Shown: one piece after another, positions 59,001-64,000 of the stretch
How positions within the stretch are numbered: the first letter of the stretch is position 1
Layout of the letters: each line of letters starts with the position of its first letter
From: Neophaeotheca triangularis
Taxonomy: Eukaryota
Direction: 5' to 3'
NCBI GenBank assembly: GCA_054600435.1
Contig: BAAIJX010000034.1
Span: 124,001 to 188,000 of the forward strand
Length of the DNA stretch: 64,000 nt
The notes under the pieces: generated by a model
The model's input: only the letters and a program-made list of their open reading frames with translations
Told to the model about the DNA's origin: nothing
Databases searched by the model: none
Made by a program: the position numbers and the translations under genes

Positions 59001-60047
59001 ATGAAGTCTGCGCCCCCTGACGAAGACCCACCATCTGATCCCATCACCACCCTTCTCACAGCCTACAGCGAGCTCAACCCCTCCCATGTCGACGAACTCA
59101 GCTTCTGGCCGACCCCCCTAGAGTTCATGCGCTACGTAGCCAAAAACCGCCCCTTTATAGTCCGACGCGCCGCCGCAGACTGGCCAGCGGTCCAAGACTG
59201 GAACGCTGCCCATTTGCTCGAGACACTTGGCTCCCACCCAGTCAATGTCAGCATTACTCCCCATGGCAACGCCGACGCCATCGTCCCCAACCCACCCGAC
59301 AATAACGGAGCCATCTTTGTCGAACCCCACGAGGAAACCGAACCTTTCGACCAATTCCTCTCGTACGTCCAAAATCAAGCCAGGCAACCCCCAGCCTCCC
59401 CCGATAGGGGCAACGTCAAATACGCGCAAACACAGAACGACAACCTACGAGACGAGTACTCCTCGCTCTTCACCTCAGTCCCAGCCACTGTTGACTTCGC
59501 CACCGAAGCCCTAGCTCAGCCACCAGACGCCATAAATTTCTGGCTAGGAAACCGGCACTCAACCACCGCCCTCCACAAAGACAACTACGAAAACATCTAC
59601 GTGCAAATCCGGGGAACCAAAACCTTCACCCTCCTTCCCCCAATCGCACAAGCCTGCGTCAACGAGGCACAAGTCCGTACAGGCCGCTACGTACCTTCGG
59701 TTCCGACAACCAACACTAACACCAACACCACCCTCTCAATCCAACCCTCCACCCCCACCTCAACAATCCCCCAAACCCCCCTCTGGGACCCCACCTTCCC
59801 AACCTCAAATCCCACGCCCTACACCCCACTAGCGTCCGCCGTAACCCTAAATCCCACCCTCCGCGAAGGCGATCTCCTCTACCTACCGGCGCTTTGGTAC
59901 CATCACGTCACACAAACCGAGGGAGACGAGGGTTTCAGCTGTAGCGTGAACTATTGGTACGACATGGAGTTTTCCGGGTCCTTCTGGGCGGGCATGGGGT
60001 TTGTACGGGATGTGGGGGAGGCGGGCCGAGTGCAGGGAGGGAAGTAA
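59001..60047 (+). CDS. JmjC/cupin-8 protein, JMJD7-like 2OG-Fe(II) oxygenase
   Basis: PTPLEFMRYVAKNRP, YAQTQNDNL, NFWLGN, TALHKDNYENIY (HxD), LYLPALWYHHV and VNYWYDM motifs. Confidence 0.88.
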   Translation: MKSAPPDEDPPSDPITTLLTAYSELNPSHVDELSFWPTPLEFMRYVAKNRPFIVRRAAADWPAVQDWNAAHLLETLGSHPVNVSITPHGNADAIVPNPPDNNGAIFVEPHEETEPFDQFLSYVQNQARQPPASPDRGNVKYAQTQNDNLRDEYSSLFTSVPATVDFATEALAQPPDAINFWLGNRHSTTALHKDNYENIYVQIRGTKTFTLLPPIAQACVNEAQVRTGRYVPSVPTTNTNTNTTLSIQPSTPTSTIPQTPLWDPTFPTSNPTPYTPLASAVTLNPTLREGDLLYLPALWYHHVTQTEGDEGFSCSVNYWYDMEFSGSFWAGMGFVRDVGEAGRVQGGK

Positions 60048-60628
60048 GAAGCAGGGCGCTGGATTGCTGATTGCTAGTGCGTGCTATTGCTGCTGCTGCC
60101 GCTTTGGTTACTGTCTTCTCTCGGCGGTAGCTCCAAGGTCAAATACCGTAGCTGCTCACGTAGACGGCAGGAGAGATAGGTGCCCTATTTAACTGATTCA
60201 CAACACTACAAAGGAAAGCATCATGTTGATGGCACGTACCAGTGGGTTATACTGAACAATCGTTGCCGCTGTCTGGGCGATGTTGGAGCGTCAGGGTCTA
60301 AAGGGTACCCGGGAACTGCCGGTCTAGGAGTGCGAAGTTTTGGAAACGAGCTCGTAAGGAAAGAAATTCAACATTGGCGCGTACTCGATGCAAAAAGTTT
60401 CACAGGGTATCTCCGCACGCACGCACGCACTATAAACAATATTCCGCAGAAGCAGAGAACAAGACAAGCAGCAGTCATCCAAGACAGTAGCCCTTCAACC
60501 AGCCTCTGCGACCCCAAGCCCCTCCCAGATTCCTTTCATTACCAACCTACCAGTCCCCCCAAGAACCTCCCCTCCGCCCACGCCGCTCGCCAGACCCTCC
60601 CAGGCCCCCTCTTTACCCGCTTAAAACT

Positions 60629-62488
60629 CTACTTCCGAACCTTGACCCCACTGACAGCTCTCACGCTGGCCCAAACAGTTTCCCCGACTTTTGTGGGCAA
60701 TTTCCTGCCCTTGAGCCGCTGGTCTACGAGCCACAAACCTACTACGAATTCTTCTTTGGAGAGCTGATGGGATTTGCGGGTGTTGACCAGGTCGTAAATG
60801 GTTTCGAGCGTCTGAGTGGGGAGCCGAGAGCGGAGCCAGAGATCGCGGGCTACGATTGAGGAAACTTCGTCTGAGGGGTTGGAGGGCGCTGAAAGAGGTT
60901 TGGGCAGAGGGTCGGTGGTGGCGGTGTTGCCGGTGGTGTTGGGGGTGAGAGCGGGGTCGGGTTGTTGCGGTGGTTGGGAGGGCGGCGAGGCCGCGCAGTA
61001 GATTGCTCTGTTCGCTGCCCAGACCCCTTCGTACCGTTTGCGTTCGCGCTCCGTCACTGCATCGCGCCAGCGTTTACGGTCGCCTTCGTTGTGTTTGTTC
61101 GGGTGACGGCGGACTAGACGCTTTTTGCGGTGCTTGCCGTACGGGTGGTTTCCTTCGTCGCTGTCGTCGTCGGAAGAATAATCTTCGGTCGGTCGAAGTG
61201 TTTGCCGCATTCCTTTTTTGACAGGGCTGGCTTTGCGACTGTCATGGTGATGACGGTGTCTACGGGTGGGTACTGGGGGAGGCGGCGGTTTGTGGGGTGA
61301 AGGAGCTCTAGAGGAAGCAAGTGAAGAAGCGATCATGGCGTTGGCAAGCTCGTCACCGGTAGTCAGGGGTGAGACGCGTCGAGGGTTCAAGTAGCGCCAT
61401 TCGGCTGCTAGGGATCTGCTAGGAAAGGGTGACTGCGCACGTTCAGGAACGGCCCGTGGTGGAGCAAGATTCATAGGAGCGGTGCTGGAGGATATGGGGC
61501 GACGCAGTGGTGAAACGCCAGTCCTTCGATGAGTACTCATACTTCTTTGTCGGCCAGGCTCCAGCAAATTCGAGTCACTCGAGGAAGTAGGTGCCCGCCT
61601 CGGAGACGGAGCAGCCGGAGATTTCTTTGGGGAGGCCAAGTCTTCTGCCGCTGAAGCGTACGCAGCCTCATCGTCTGAGGAAGCACCATCAGATTGTGAC
61701 AATGCCCTGCAAGACGTGCCTATTCGACCCCGCGACGGCTCCCGAGAGTCGTCCTCTTCAAGCTCCAATGTGAACATCGAGGTGATGCCGCTTCCAGGTT
61801 TGGAGGACTGGATAGATCTCGCTGAAGTCGGTCGCCGTGCAGGACTGGTAGAAGCCCTGCCACTCTTACTTCTCACCGGCGTTGTCTCGTTCGACTTCTG
61901 CTCGAACATCCGCACTAATGATTTTGTCGGTTGAACGTGCTCGGTGTCGGGCGATTGTGCCCGGATGTCTCGAGAGACGGTTGAGCTTGAAGACAGTCGC
62001 CTGGGCTTGGGCTTTGGGATGAGCTTAGACCGCGCTTCGGCAGCCCGACTTGAAGCGACTGCTGCGGATTGTCCATAGCTGTCGTTGTTTGTAACGCTCC
62101 GCCTATGTAATGCTGCCGCAGCCGCCGCCTGGTGAGAGGGAGATTTGGAGCGTTCTCTCACGTCCCGCTGCGGTGGCCGGAGACTGGGTGTAGTTCTCGT
62201 TCCTAGGAAGGCAGAGGAGCCCGGTCTCGCTCCAGCTGGGGTTCGTTTCGCCGGTACCTCCCGTTGATCAGGAGAATTGTTGACATACCCACTCTTCGGG
62301 CTCTGTGTCATCCCGACTCTTGCTGCCGCTGCAAGAGCGCCATTGTTATTATTCCCTACCAGTATAGCCTTTGACTGTGGGCGAGCAAATGCCAACGCGG
62401 CGCCAGCGAGAGCGGCATTTCTATTCGAAGCCGCAGTATCTTGGCCGACATTCGACGGGGCTCGTGACGGAGCTCGCGGGCCCGTCAT
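60629..62488 (-). CDS. IRS4: Irs4/Tax4-like EH-domain protein
   Basis: AALAGAALAF N-terminus, HNEGDRKRWRDAVTERERKRYEGVWAAN, and a C-terminal EH-like domain (LWLRSRLP...LSKEEFVVGLWLVDQRLKGRKLP). Confidence 0.85.
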   Translation of the reverse strand: MTGPRAPSRAPSNVGQDTAASNRNAALAGAALAFARPQSKAILVGNNNNGALAAAARVGMTQSPKSGYVNNSPDQREVPAKRTPAGARPGSSAFLGTRTTPSLRPPQRDVRERSKSPSHQAAAAAALHRRSVTNNDSYGQSAAVASSRAAEARSKLIPKPKPRRLSSSSTVSRDIRAQSPDTEHVQPTKSLVRMFEQKSNETTPVRSKSGRASTSPARRPTSARSIQSSKPGSGITSMFTLELEEDDSREPSRGRIGTSCRALSQSDGASSDDEAAYASAAEDLASPKKSPAAPSPRRAPTSSSDSNLLEPGRQRSMSTHRRTGVSPLRRPISSSTAPMNLAPPRAVPERAQSPFPSRSLAAEWRYLNPRRVSPLTTGDELANAMIASSLASSRAPSPHKPPPPPVPTRRHRHHHDSRKASPVKKGMRQTLRPTEDYSSDDDSDEGNHPYGKHRKKRLVRRHPNKHNEGDRKRWRDAVTERERKRYEGVWAANRAIYCAASPPSQPPQQPDPALTPNTTGNTATTDPLPKPLSAPSNPSDEVSSIVARDLWLRSRLPTQTLETIYDLVNTRKSHQLSKEEFVVGLWLVDQRLKGRKLPTKVGETVWASVRAVSGVKVRK

Positions 62489-62938
62489 GGCATGGACAGA
62501 GGTTGTTGGTGAGACCTGTACATCGTCCCAGCTAAACGAGCGAGGGCTGAGACGATGGTGTTTGTGGGGGAAGAAGAAGAAGAAGAAGAAGAAGAGAGGC
62601 TTCTGTAGAGGAACGGGTGAAGTCGAGTCGTTGTCAGCAAGACAGCCCTAACAAACGACCCCGGGGCTGAAGATGAGGCTGAACCGGGCGTCTGGAACGC
62701 GTCCCACGTGACGGCGTGTCAGCAGTCTTGGCAATTCTGCTGCCTAAGTCTGCGTTACGAGGTATGACCGCCGCACTCGCATACCTACCTCCTTACTGTA
62801 GGTTTTGTAATATACCTTTACCAAGAAACCAATGAACTTTCACTCTCACTTTTTGCCGTCGCTGTTGCTGTGTTTCATCGTTGATTTCGCTACTGGCGTG
62901 CAAGCTAAATAATCTCTACCACAAACTGCAACTTCAAC

Positions 62939-64000
62939 ATGGCAGACAGCAACGGCGACATCGAAATGCGGGATAGTGAAGCTATTCGAGAAGAGCACAT
63001 GATGTATGGTCATGGTGCAATGACTGAAAAGGAGCTCGATGAGAAGTACCCGCAAAGACCGCACATCCACTCCAAAACGCTCCCTTTCCATGAACTGCTC
63101 TTCACCCTTTTCAACCCCTTGAACGACAATAAAAAGAAACCGACAGGTCCGACTGTAGCTCGCAAGAAGATAGGTCCTCATGGCACTCGCTCGGCTCCTC
63201 ATGATATTCGCAGACAAATCATCATCAGATTCATCGCCAGATGGCGGAAAGATGTGGGCAACGACATATACCCAGCGTTTCGTCTCATCACGCCTGAAAA
63301 GGATCGAGATCGCGGCATGTACGGTCTTAAAGAGCTTACTCTGGGCAAAATCCTCGTCAAAGTCATGAAGATTGACAAGAACAGCGACGATGCTTATATG
63401 CTGCTGCATTGGAAGTTACCGGGCGCCAAATCGTCGAGTACAATGGCTGGCGATTTTGCAGGCCGCTGTTACGAAGTTATATCCAAACGCCCGATGCGCA
63501 CAAACCCCGGCGACATGTCGATTGCAGAGGTCAACGAACTTCTGGATCGCCTTTCTGTCGCTCAGAAGGAAGAGAACCAACGGCCAATCATCGAAGAATT
63601 CTACAAACGCATGAATGCTGAGGAGCTTATGTGGCTCATCCGCATGATCTTGCGACAGATGAAAATCGGCGCAACAGAGAAGACGATATTCGATCTTTGG
63701 CACAAGGACGCCGATAATCTCTTCAACATCTCCAGCAGTCTGCGTCGAGTGTGCTGGGAGTTGTACGATCCTGACTTTAGACTGGAGGGCGACAATTGCG
63801 GCATCAACCTCATGCAGTGTTTTCAGCCTCAACTTGCCGCTTTCCAGATGCGTTCGCTGGACAAGGCAGTCGCAAGGATGAATCCGACAGAAGACGATCC
63901 CCACTTTTGGATTGAAGACAAGCTCGACGGTGAGAGGATGCAGCTGCACATGATCGAGGATGCCGAGATGCCTGGGGGTATGCGCTTTTCTTTCTGGTCT
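62939..64000 (+). CDS. LIG4: DNA ligase IV (5' part, truncated by window end)
   Basis: Open frame from ATG 62939: KYPQRP...TLPFHELL, PEKDRDRGMYGLKE, MAGDFAGRCYEV, WLIRMILRQMKIGATE, FQPQLA and the adenylation motif FWIEDKLDGERMQLH. Confidence 0.93.
   Translation, partial: MADSNGDIEMRDSEAIREEHMMYGHGAMTEKELDEKYPQRPHIHSKTLPFHELLFTLFNPLNDNKKKPTGPTVARKKIGPHGTRSAPHDIRRQIIIRFIARWRKDVGNDIYPAFRLITPEKDRDRGMYGLKELTLGKILVKVMKIDKNSDDAYMLLHWKLPGAKSSSTMAGDFAGRCYEVISKRPMRTNPGDMSIAEVNELLDRLSVAQKEENQRPIIEEFYKRMNAEELMWLIRMILRQMKIGATEKTIFDLWHKDADNLFNISSSLRRVCWELYDPDFRLEGDNCGINLMQCFQPQLAAFQMRSLDKAVARMNPTEDDPHFWIEDKLDGERMQLHMIEDAEMPGGMRFSFWS

Noticed and set aside
23671..62488. Functional clustering of ATG16 with IRS4, or eIF4B with eIF2B-delta
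   Set aside because: Far apart and interspersed with unrelated genes; consistent with chance.

Overview
Intron-containing eukaryotic DNA from a filamentous ascomycete (Pezizomycotina; Dothideomycete-like is my inference from gene style). About 18 protein-coding genes can be read, several only after manual splicing: ASE1, a heme-oxygenase-like protein, a conserved hypothetical, an AIM6-like phosphodiesterase, a HAM1/DUF4449-like protein, ATG16, a GH76 hydrolase, a Tim17-like membrane protein, eIF4B, a HET-domain protein, a P4-ATPase flippase, a sugar porter, MHR1, DUF1264, DOT1, eIF2B-delta, a JMJD7-like JmjC protein and IRS4. The 5' part of LIG4 runs off the window end. The main finding is in the apparent gene gap at 28.4-30.0 kb: three co-oriented tRNA-like genes share one tRNA body but carry unrelated, highly structured 71-121 nt inserts in the anticodon loop and have non-canonical anticodon loops. 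Other findings are an inverted, RIP-like mutated copy of part of the sugar transporter just downstream of its stop codon, a 26-bp minisatellite, and a recurring C-rich to G-rich switch near gene 3' ends. All calls are by eye; no searches or folding programs were run.
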